Positions 16,734-25,097 of a stretch of 38,361 bases of DNA are shown here, one piece after another. Both the position numbers and the translations under genes were made by a program. The stretch's first letter is position 1. The number at the start of each line of letters is the position of its first letter. The notes below the pieces were generated by a model that saw only the letters and a list, made by a program, of their open reading frames with translations, ran no database searches and had not been told where the DNA came from. This DNA comes from a virus (lineage: Duplodnaviria; Caudoviricetes), in IMG/VR virus record IMGVR_UViG_3300045000_000066, positions 1 to 38,361 of that record; one strand, written 5' to 3'.

Positions 16734-17302
16734 ACACGCTGCTGTACCTGGTCGGCCCGCCGGGCGTGGGCAAGTCGACGCTGATGGCTGAGATCACCGC
16801 CGGGCTGCACCGGGTGCCGTACTCCGGTCCGGTGCCGCACGACGGCCTGTACCGGCGGATGACCCCGCCGGAGACCGCCCGCTCGGTCGGTGTCGAGATC
16901 GGCAAGCGGCGCGAGTCGTTCAGCGGCACGGACGCGCTGGGCATGGCGGTGCAGCCCAAGGCTGTCGAGTGGATCGCCCGGCGGCCGCACGCACTGGTGC
17001 TCGGCGAGGGCGCGCGGCTCGGCACCGTGGGCTTCCTGCACGCGGCCCGCAGCGCCGGGTACCGGGTGATCGTCGTGCACCTGGACTCGGACGAGGCCAC
17101 GCTGGCCGCCCGCCGTCTCCAGCGCGGCTCCCGGCAGAACGAACAGTGGGTGCGCGGCGCCACCACCCGCGCCCGGCGGCTGGCGGAGCGGATGGAGCTG
17201 GACGCTGAAGTGCACTGGCTCGACGGCACAATGGACCCAGCCGGTCTGGCCGCAGAGGTCCGCCGGATGGCGCCGGAACTGGAGGCACTGTGCCTGCCGT
17301 AG
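16730..17302 (+). CDS. P-loop nucleotide kinase, putative 5-hydroxymethyluracil-DNA kinase
   Basis: LYLVGPPGVGKST, FSGTDALGMAVQP, LGEGARL and RRLQRGSRQ. ATGA-coupled. Confidence 0.75.
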   Translation: MNTLLYLVGPPGVGKSTLMAEITAGLHRVPYSGPVPHDGLYRRMTPPETARSVGVEIGKRRESFSGTDALGMAVQPKAVEWIARRPHALVLGEGARLGTVGFLHAARSAGYRVIVVHLDSDEATLAARRLQRGSRQNEQWVRGATTRARRLAERMELDAEVHWLDGTMDPAGLAAEVRRMAPELEALCLP

Positions 17303-18171
17303 TAGATCTCCGCCTCCGTTCCCGGGTCTCGCCCGGGGAGTTGGAGGCCAAGCAGGGCAAGATCCTCGGCACCGAGGACTTCAACGTGCTGCTCACCGGC
17401 CCGACCCGCGTCAGCCTGCCGGACGGCCGCCCGCTGTGCGTGTACCTCCCCGGCATCCTGACGGCGGACGTCGACAAGGACGGGGTGTACGACATCCTGC
17501 ACTCCCTGCGCTCGTACGTGAGCCGCAACCGGGGCCTGGCCGCCGGGTCACCCCGGGTCCGGACACGCCACCCGGGGCGCAGCTACGCCCGTACGGTGAG
17601 CAGCAGCGTGGTCGGTGCCGTGGACCCGCTCGGCCAGACCCGGTACTGCCGACTGACCTCGTGGACCGGCCATCACCTCCCGCAGTGGCAGGCGCTCCAG
17701 CCGCTGCTCCAGGCGATCGCCCGCGAGCAGGAGACGTACGTGCCGGACCGCGCGAGGGCGCAGCAGGCGATCGCCCGCTCGGCCGACCCGGCTTGGGTGG
17801 TGCCCGGCACCCCGTTCTCGACGGTGACCGTCAACAACACGTACCCGACCGGGACACACACCGACAAGGGCGACCTGGACGCGGGCTTCAGCACGATCGC
17901 GTGCCTGCGCCGGGGCAGCTACACCGGCGGGCACCTGGTGTTCCCGGAGTACCGGCTGGCCGTCGACATGCACCACGGCGACCTCCTGCTGATGGACGCG
18001 CACCAGTGGCACGGCAACACCGCGCTCGTCTGTGCCTGCGGTGTCGAGCCCAACGGGTGCTGCGAGGTCTGCGGCGCGGAGCGCATCTCGATCGTCTCCT
18101 ACTTCCGCACGAAGATCGCTGAGTGCGGCTCCCCGGAGGACGAGCTCCGCCGCGCGGACCGCACCAGCTGA
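17290..18171 (+). CDS. TET/JBP-family 2-oxoglutarate/Fe(II) dioxygenase
   Basis: PFSTVTVNN, HTD (HxD), GGHLVFPEYRLAVD, WHGNT (distal His) and ERISIVSYFR (2OG-binding Arg). GGAGG RBS close upstream. Confidence 0.88.
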   Translation: MPAVVDLRLRSRVSPGELEAKQGKILGTEDFNVLLTGPTRVSLPDGRPLCVYLPGILTADVDKDGVYDILHSLRSYVSRNRGLAAGSPRVRTRHPGRSYARTVSSSVVGAVDPLGQTRYCRLTSWTGHHLPQWQALQPLLQAIAREQETYVPDRARAQQAIARSADPAWVVPGTPFSTVTVNNTYPTGTHTDKGDLDAGFSTIACLRRGSYTGGHLVFPEYRLAVDMHHGDLLLMDAHQWHGNTALVCACGVEPNGCCEVCGAERISIVSYFRTKIAECGSPEDELRRADRTS

Positions 18172-18198
18172 TCCGCTGATCCAGAAGGACTCGCGAAT

Positions 18199-18708
18199 AT
18201 GAGCGCATCGGAAGAGCAGCAGCACAAGACCCGTGAACGGCGCAAGCAGTGCGTCCAGCTGGCCCTCGCCGGGGTGGACTGGCAGACCATCGCCGACCGC
18301 CTTGAGTACGCCTCGCCCGGCGCTGCGCACACCGACTGGACCCGCGCCCGCCAGGCCAGCAAGGCTGAGCTGGACGAGACCGTGGAAGAGCTGCGCAGCA
18401 AGGAGATCAGCCGCATCGACCGGCTGATGCAGGCCGTCTGGGCCAAGGCGATCCAGGGCGAGGTGAAGGCGGTGGACGCCGCTCACCGGCTGATCATCAC
18501 CCGCTGCAAGATCCTCGGCCTTGAGGCACCGACCCAGTTGCAGCTCACCCAACGGATCGAGCTGGAGTCCACGCTGGCAGCGGAGGCCGTCATGGCTGCG
18601 GTTGAAGCTCTGGGCCTGGCACCGGACGCCCGTATGCTCGCACTTGAAGCAGCGCAGACCCGGCTGCTCGCGATAGCAGGAGCACCCGACGATACGGAGA
18701 TCATCTGA
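18199..18708 (+). CDS. Terminase small subunit (HTH)
   Basis: LALAGVDWQTIADRLEY HTH followed by EISRIDRL...RCKILGLEAP, typical of actinophage TerS. Lies upstream of TerL. Confidence 0.65.
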   Translation: MSASEEQQHKTRERRKQCVQLALAGVDWQTIADRLEYASPGAAHTDWTRARQASKAELDETVEELRSKEISRIDRLMQAVWAKAIQGEVKAVDAAHRLIITRCKILGLEAPTQLQLTQRIELESTLAAEAVMAAVEALGLAPDARMLALEAAQTRLLAIAGAPDDTEII

Positions 18709-18851
18709 TGACGCTCACCCACGGCGGACCGGTCGGCTGGCAGGAGCCCGAGCTCCCCGAGTCGGACGCCATGATCATGATGTACCTGGCTCGGCCGACC
18801 GAAGCAGAGGAAGCCGGGCAGGAGATCGAGCAGGAGTCCCCGAACACCTGA
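18708..18851 (+). CDS. Small acidic hypothetical protein
   Basis: TGATG overlap with the TerS stop. 47 aa filling the gap to the next RBS. Confidence 0.4.
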   Translation: MTLTHGGPVGWQEPELPESDAMIMMYLARPTEAEEAGQEIEQESPNT

Positions 18852-18860
18852 GGAGGGATC

Positions 18861-18929
18861 ATGCTCCAGACCGTCATCGTCATCCTCCTGGTCGTGCTGG
18901 TCATCTACCTGATCACCTCGATCCTGTGA
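18861..18929 (+). CDS. 22-aa single-pass membrane peptide
   Basis: GAGGAGGG RBS. MLQTVIVILLVVLVIYLITSIL; its stop overlaps the next GTG. Confidence 0.6.
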   Translation: MLQTVIVILLVVLVIYLITSIL

Positions 18930-19228
18930 GGCTCTTCCGCAAGGGGCGGCACCGGGCTCAGAAGCAGCGCGAGCCCGGTGCCGTTCGTCGTCTGCGGGCA
19001 GACCTGGAGTGGTCGGAGAGCGACCGCGCCCGGCTGTCGGAGGAGAACCGGGTGCTGCGTCGTCAGCTCGCCGCACCCGGCTCCGAGGAGGCCACCCAGC
19101 CGATCGAGATTCCGATCACGGTGCCCGGCGCACCCAGCCGGATCGTCGCAGTACAGGCCGCCAGAGAGCCCGCCTCAGCCCCAAGGCGCTTACCAGCGTG
19201 GGCTTTACGCGATGAGGAGATCGTCTAG
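18926..19228 (+). CDS. Hypothetical protein with a short coiled coil
   Basis: GTGA overlap. LRADLEWSESDRARLSEENRVLRRQL shows heptad spacing. Confidence 0.55.
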   Translation: MRLFRKGRHRAQKQREPGAVRRLRADLEWSESDRARLSEENRVLRRQLAAPGSEEATQPIEIPITVPGAPSRIVAVQAAREPASAPRRLPAWALRDEEIV

Positions 19229-20350
<1,122 letters not shown>

Positions 20351-20387
20351 CGCTTGCCCGGTCCCCTGTGCCCGGTCATACGGCGGC

Positions 20388-20612
20388 TGGGATAACTATC
20401 CGGTAGCTATGGGTAGTTATCCCACAAGTTACTACTACGTAGGGTAGGAAACGCACGAGGCTGCCGTCTCCCCACCGAACTCCGGTGACCCTGTACTCCG
20501 GCACCATCGCTCTGAGTTAGGGATAGTTCCAGGTCGGAGCTTGATCGCTACGCACGGGTAACTAAGCTGACGGCCGCGCCGGTATGGGTATACGGGCACG
20601 GCCGTTAGTCTT
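20388..20612. repeat. Dispersed ~200-bp intergenic element, copy 2
   Basis: Homologous to 13397-13592. 5' hairpin TGGGATAACTATCC/GGGTAGTTATCCCA, and a long 3' hairpin around GTATGGGTATAC. Confidence 0.85.
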
Positions 20613-20633
20613 ACCCCGGACTGGTGAAAGGAA

Positions 20634-21692
20634 TTGACCTTGAAGAGGGCCCTCGTAACGGGAGCGGCTGGGTTCGTCGGCAGCCATCTACTCCGCCACC
20701 TGCTGACCCACACCGACTGGACGATCATCGCCCCGGTCACCTTCCGGCACCGGGGCAACCCGGACCGGATCACCAGCGCGTGGGACGATCACCCGGAGTG
20801 GGCGCAGCGGGTGGACGTGATCAACTGGGATCTCACCGCGCCCGCCTCGTGCACCCAGCTCGCCCGCATCGGGCATATCGACTACCTGCTCAACGTCGCG
20901 AGCGACAGCCACGTGGACCGCTCGATCAGCGACCCGGTGCCGTTCATCATGAACAACACCGCAGTGATCCTCAACGTGTTGGAGCTCGCCCGCGTCCTCC
21001 AGCCGGAGATCTTTCTCCAGATGAGCACCGACGAGGTCTACGGCCCGGCGCCCGACGAGTACAGCTCCCGCGAGTGGGACGTGATCGCCCCGTCCAACCC
21101 CTACTCCGCGAGCAAGGCCGCGCAGGAGGCGATCGCCTTCAGCTACTGGCGCAGCTACGGGGTGCCGCTGGTCGTCACCAACACGATGAACATCATCGGT
21201 GAGATGCAGGATGGGGAAAAGATGATCCCTAAGATCATCCGCTCCCTGATCCGGGACGAACCCATGACGGTGCACGCGGATGCGAACGGGGTGCCCGGCT
21301 CGCGGTTCTACCTGCACGCCCGCAACCTCGCGGACGCCTGGCTCTGGCTGCTCCAAGAGGAGGGCCACAGTTGGGACCTGGCTCAGTACGCTGACGGCTC
21401 GACACGCCCCCAACGCTTCAACATCGTTGGGGAGCGCGAGGTGAACAACCTGGATCTTGTAAACATCATCGGTGATATCATGGGGGTCGTACCCCGTGTG
21501 AAGTTCGTTGACTTCCATGGGGCTCGTCCAGGGCACGACCGCCGATACGCGCTCGACGGCACCAAGTTGGGCAGTATCGGGTGGCGCCCGCCGGTGGGAC
21601 TGGAAGAGAGCCTGAGGAAGACCGTTGAATGGTCAGTCGCCCACCCAGAGTGGGTCTTCTGCGGTGAAGACGTGCACCAAGTGCCGGGATGA
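20634..21692 (+). CDS. rmlB: dTDP-glucose 4,6-dehydratase-like NAD-dependent epimerase/dehydratase
   Basis: VTGAAGFVGSH, SHVDRSI, STDEVYG, PSNPYSASK and RPGHDRRY. TTG start at 20634 or 20640 after GAAAGGA. Confidence 0.85.
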   Translation: MTLKRALVTGAAGFVGSHLLRHLLTHTDWTIIAPVTFRHRGNPDRITSAWDDHPEWAQRVDVINWDLTAPASCTQLARIGHIDYLLNVASDSHVDRSISDPVPFIMNNTAVILNVLELARVLQPEIFLQMSTDEVYGPAPDEYSSREWDVIAPSNPYSASKAAQEAIAFSYWRSYGVPLVVTNTMNIIGEMQDGEKMIPKIIRSLIRDEPMTVHADANGVPGSRFYLHARNLADAWLWLLQEEGHSWDLAQYADGSTRPQRFNIVGEREVNNLDLVNIIGDIMGVVPRVKFVDFHGARPGHDRRYALDGTKLGSIGWRPPVGLEESLRKTVEWSVAHPEWVFCGEDVHQVPG

Positions 21693-22176
21693 AAAGCCGC
21701 TGTCTGAGTTCTACGCCTGGGCCCGGGGGAAGGACGGCCGGATGGCCCGGTGCAAGCCGTGCCACCGGGGCGCCCTCGCCCGGTTCGAGTGCACCCAGTG
21801 CAGCGGGCCGGTCAGCCACAAGGGCGTGAAGCTCTGCCAGGCGTGCCGATCGCTCTCGCTGCGCGGAGCGGGCAGCCGCTGGTACCAGGGCGGCCGGAGC
21901 ATCAAGGACGGGTACGTCTACCTGTCCGGGCAGCAGGATCACCCGAACGCCGTGAGCGGCAAGATCGCAGAGCATGTGCTGATCATGTCGGAGATCATCG
22001 GCCGTCCCCTGCTCCCCCACGAGACGGTCCACCACAAGAACGGCATCCGCGACGACAACAGACCCAGCAACCTGGAGCTGTGGTCCCGGAGCCAGCCCGC
22101 CGGGCAGCGCGTGGCGGACAAGCTGGAATGGGCCCGCGAGTTCATCGCGATCTATCACCCAGAATGGCTTGCATGA
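21664..22176 (+). CDS. HNH endonuclease with N-terminal Zn fingers
   Basis: Four CxxC pairs. EHVLIMSEIIGRPL...VHHKNGIRDDNRPSNLELW. Start uncertain (21625 or 21664). Confidence 0.85.
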   Translation: MKTCTKCRDEKPLSEFYAWARGKDGRMARCKPCHRGALARFECTQCSGPVSHKGVKLCQACRSLSLRGAGSRWYQGGRSIKDGYVYLSGQQDHPNAVSGKIAEHVLIMSEIIGRPLLPHETVHHKNGIRDDNRPSNLELWSRSQPAGQRVADKLEWAREFIAIYHPEWLA

Positions 22177-23645
22177 CCACCGGTGCGCGGGCTGTTGCTA
22201 AGGGCATGGCCGACCAGATCCGTCTCCACGGCGATCAGGTCGGCCGCTGGCGTCCCCTGCCGCACCAGGTGCCGCCCCCGCCCGGCTTCTACGGCTGGCT
22301 GCTGATGGCCGGTCGTGGCGCCGGTAAGACCGACACCTGCGCCAAGTACATGGTCGACCACGTCAAGGGACCGCCGTGCCTGTCCGGCCCGCACCCGCAC
22401 TGGATGGGGATCATCGCCCCCACCCTCGGTGACGCGGCCACCTCGTGCTTCAGCGGGCCGTCCGGAATCAGCGCGCACGACCCCACCGCCCGGATGGTCA
22501 ACACCACCGGCGGCACGGTGGTGAAGTGGCCCAACGGCAGCGAGGCCAAGCTGTTCGGCGCCCACACCGAGGAGGACACCCAGCGGCTGCGCTCCGGCGG
22601 CAACCGGTGCCTTCAGTGGCTGGAGGAGTTGGCAGCCTGGCGCTACCTGGACGTCACCTGGGCGCAGATGAGGTTCGGTCTGCGCTCCGGCCCGCGCCCG
22701 CACTGGATCGGCTCGACCACCCCCAAGCTGCGCCCGCTGATCAAGCGTTTGGACCAGGGCCTGGTCGACAACGTGAAGATCTCCCGGGCCGCGATGTACG
22801 ACAACCCCCACCTCCCGGCCGACATCCGCCAGGCCCTGGAGGACGAGTACGGCGGCACCGACCTCGGCCGCCAGGAACTGCTCGGCCAGCTGATCGAGGA
22901 AGTGGAGGGCGCGCTCTGGAAGCACCGCATGATCGACGCCGCCCGTCTCCGCCGCGAGGACCTGCCCGAGTTGGGCCGCATCGTTGTCGGGGTCGACCCG
23001 TCCGGCGGCGCCGGGGAGCAGGGCATCATCGTGGCCGGTCGCTCCAAGCTGATCCTCCCGCCGTCCGTCATGCCGGAGGAGCCCGGCATAGTCATCCCGG
23101 CGAGCACCCGGCCGCAGCTCCAGGGCTACGTGCTGGACGACCGCACCGTGCACACGACTCCCAACGGCTGGGGCAAGGCGGCCGTCAAGGCGGCCGTCGA
23201 CTGGGACGCGCACGAGATCCTGGTGGAGACCAACTACGGCGGAGACATGGCGGTGGAGACCATCCGCTCGGCCGCAGAGAGCATGGACGTCACCATCCCC
23301 ATCCGGAAGCTCACCGCCACCCGGGGCAAGGCCGTACGCGCGCAGCCGGTCAGCGCGCTGAGTGCGCAGGGGCGTTGGCACCACGTGGGCACCTTCGAGT
23401 CGCTGGAGGACCAGATGTGCACCTGGACGGAGGACTCCGGGTACAGCCCCGACCGGCTGGACGCGATGGTCTGGGACGCGCACGGCCTGAAGCTCGCGCA
23501 CCTCACCGGCGCGGGCAAGGGCACCTTCGGTGCAGGCGCTGCGGGCAGCCAGCCGATCGGCAACCGGGGCGGCGCGCACCGCTTCACCCCGGAGCAGCTG
23601 GCCCGGATGGAAGAGCGCAAGGCGCTCCCGCCCGGCCGCCGCTGA
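22173..23645 (+). CDS. terL: Terminase large subunit
   Basis: AGRGAGKT Walker A, WLEELAAW Walker B-like, STTP coupling motif, and nuclease motifs VGVDPS and SPDRLDA. Confidence 0.9.
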   Translation: MTTGARAVAKGMADQIRLHGDQVGRWRPLPHQVPPPPGFYGWLLMAGRGAGKTDTCAKYMVDHVKGPPCLSGPHPHWMGIIAPTLGDAATSCFSGPSGISAHDPTARMVNTTGGTVVKWPNGSEAKLFGAHTEEDTQRLRSGGNRCLQWLEELAAWRYLDVTWAQMRFGLRSGPRPHWIGSTTPKLRPLIKRLDQGLVDNVKISRAAMYDNPHLPADIRQALEDEYGGTDLGRQELLGQLIEEVEGALWKHRMIDAARLRREDLPELGRIVVGVDPSGGAGEQGIIVAGRSKLILPPSVMPEEPGIVIPASTRPQLQGYVLDDRTVHTTPNGWGKAAVKAAVDWDAHEILVETNYGGDMAVETIRSAAESMDVTIPIRKLTATRGKAVRAQPVSALSAQGRWHHVGTFESLEDQMCTWTEDSGYSPDRLDAMVWDAHGLKLAHLTGAGKGTFGAGAAGSQPIGNRGGAHRFTPEQLARMEERKALPPGRR

Positions 23646-23701
23646 CGTTGCATTAATTGGATCAGTTAAAGTGGACCCATGCCGACGGAGGGTCCAGACC
23701 G

Positions 23702-23884
23702 ATGATCTCGCTAGCAGTCCCCGTGTTCCTGGTGCTGATCGGGATGATCTTCCTCTACAAGCGGGGGACCATACCGATGATCGGCGCGGGCATCTTCCTC
23801 GTCATCGGGGTCTACCTTGGGACCACGGCGACCGGGGACTTCCTCCGGACGCTGCTTGGCGAACTGGCCGGTCTGGTCAGCTAG
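23702..23884 (+). CDS. Small two-TM membrane protein
   Basis: GGAGGG RBS. Two hydrophobic stretches in 60 aa. Confidence 0.65.
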   Translation: MISLAVPVFLVLIGMIFLYKRGTIPMIGAGIFLVIGVYLGTTATGDFLRTLLGELAGLVS

Positions 23885-23895
23885 GAGAGATCCAA

Positions 23896-24255
23896 GTGAA
23901 GATATTCGGACGCGAGCTGGCCGTCTGGCTGGCGACCCTCGCCGCCGTGTTCCAGGTGGCGACCTCCTTCGGCTTCAACGTCAGCGGGCACACCCAGGGC
24001 ATCGTCACCGCCGTCGTGGTGTTCGTGTTCGCGGTCGCCGTCGCGGTGCACTCCGGTGACGGCATCATCGCCCTGGTCACCGGTGTGGTCACCGCCCTGT
24101 TCTCGCTCTTCGCCGCGTTCGGCCTCAACTGGACGGCCGACCAGCAGGGCTATCTGATCGGCGCGATCACAGTGGTGCTCGGCTTCTTCGTTCGCACTCA
24201 GGTCACCTCCCCGGTGCCCCCGGCCGTCTCGCCCCCTGGCAAGCTGGTCGTCTGA
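23896..24255 (+). CDS. Putative holin
   Basis: AGGAGAG RBS. MKIFGRE start, four hydrophobic segments and an RTQVT tail, as in Streptomyces phage holins. Confidence 0.65.
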   Translation: MKIFGRELAVWLATLAAVFQVATSFGFNVSGHTQGIVTAVVVFVFAVAVAVHSGDGIIALVTGVVTALFSLFAAFGLNWTADQQGYLIGAITVVLGFFVRTQVTSPVPPAVSPPGKLVV

Positions 24256-24262
24256 TCCCCCT

Positions 24263-24288
24263 GGCCGGACCGGTTCGCCGGTCCGGCC
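24263..24288 (+). terminator. Hairpin with TTCG loop after the holin
   Basis: GGCCGGACCGG-TTCG-CCGGTCCGGCC, a perfect 11-bp stem. Confidence 0.6.
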
Positions 24289-24309
24289 GCTTCATGCCCT
24301 GGAGTCCCC

Positions 24310-24699
24310 TTGCCTGACTGGCTGCTGATCGTCGTGATGTCCCTCACCGTCTACAGGCTGACCCGCCTCGTGACCAAGGACTCGCTCCCCCCGGTGCTCT
24401 GGCTGCGGCGCCACCTGGTCGGTGGCTGGCGCCCGGTGGAGGAGCGCAAGGGCCCGCGCAAGCTGGACGGCGGCAAGCCCGAGTTTATCGACGGCGTGCT
24501 GTGCGACCCGGTGTACCGCGACTCGTGGGTGCCGCTCTGGCTGGCCGATCTGTGGTCCTGCCCGTGGTGCGTGTCGGGCTGGATCGCGGGCGTGGTCACC
24601 CTCGCCGCAGACCTCACCATCGGGGTGGGCGCCCCGGTGTTCACCGGCTTCACCGTGTGGGCGATCGGCGCGATCATGGCCAGTCAGGACGAGCTCTGA
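24310..24699 (+). CDS. DUF1360-like membrane protein
   Basis: YRLTRLVTKD...LWSCPWCVSGW. Confidence 0.7.
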   Translation: MPDWLLIVVMSLTVYRLTRLVTKDSLPPVLWLRRHLVGGWRPVEERKGPRKLDGGKPEFIDGVLCDPVYRDSWVPLWLADLWSCPWCVSGWIAGVVTLAADLTIGVGAPVFTGFTVWAIGAIMASQDEL

Positions 24700-24965
24700 T
24701 GGCCGACATCCCGCCGTTCGACCCCGGGCACCCGGCAGTTGGCGGCACTCAGGCGTGGCTCTCCACCGACGTCCGCGACTCCCCGAACGGCCAGGTGCTG
24801 ATCCTGACGATCCGGGTACCGAACGCCACCACGACCGTCGTGCTCGGCAAGGACGACGCGGAGGCGTGGGACCGTCAGATCCACGCGGCGGTGGGTGGGA
24901 TGAGCGGGCTGATCCTCGCCCCGCCGGGCGCCACCCTCGCGCCCTTCCGGCCGGGTGGGCGGTAG
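24699..24965 (+). CDS. Hypothetical protein
   Basis: TGATG coupling. 88 aa, MADIPPFDPG... Confidence 0.6.
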   Translation: MADIPPFDPGHPAVGGTQAWLSTDVRDSPNGQVLILTIRVPNATTTVVLGKDDAEAWDRQIHAAVGGMSGLILAPPGATLAPFRPGGR

Positions 24966-24994
24966 AGTGTGAGCACCCCGTTCCCCGGGACAGC

Positions 24995-25029
24995 AGAGCC
25001 CCAACGTGGCCCACCACGCTGGGGCTTTT
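24995..25029 (+). terminator. Intrinsic terminator before the portal gene
   Basis: AGAGCCCCAACGTGG/CCACGCTGGGGCTTT stem followed by T-rich sequence. Confidence 0.65.
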
Positions 25030-25052
25030 GCTTTGCCCCGCGCGGACCCGCC

Positions 25053-25086
25053 ATTGATCGACGGTACCCTGGCCTCGTCTAAGAGC
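25053..25086 (+). promoter_or_regulatory. Putative late promoter motif (portal)
   Basis: ATTGATC-N3-GGTACC and TACCCTGGCCTCGTCTAAGAGC; both recur upstream of the capsid gene. Confidence 0.5.
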
Positions 25087-25097
25087 TGGAGGCCAGC

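Noticed and set aside
14301-18171. 5-methylcytosine oxidation and glycosylation pathway
   Set aside because: No C5-methyltransferase or glycosyltransferase is in the window, and the kinase plus AADT partners point to hmU chemistry. Not excluded if such genes lie outside the window.
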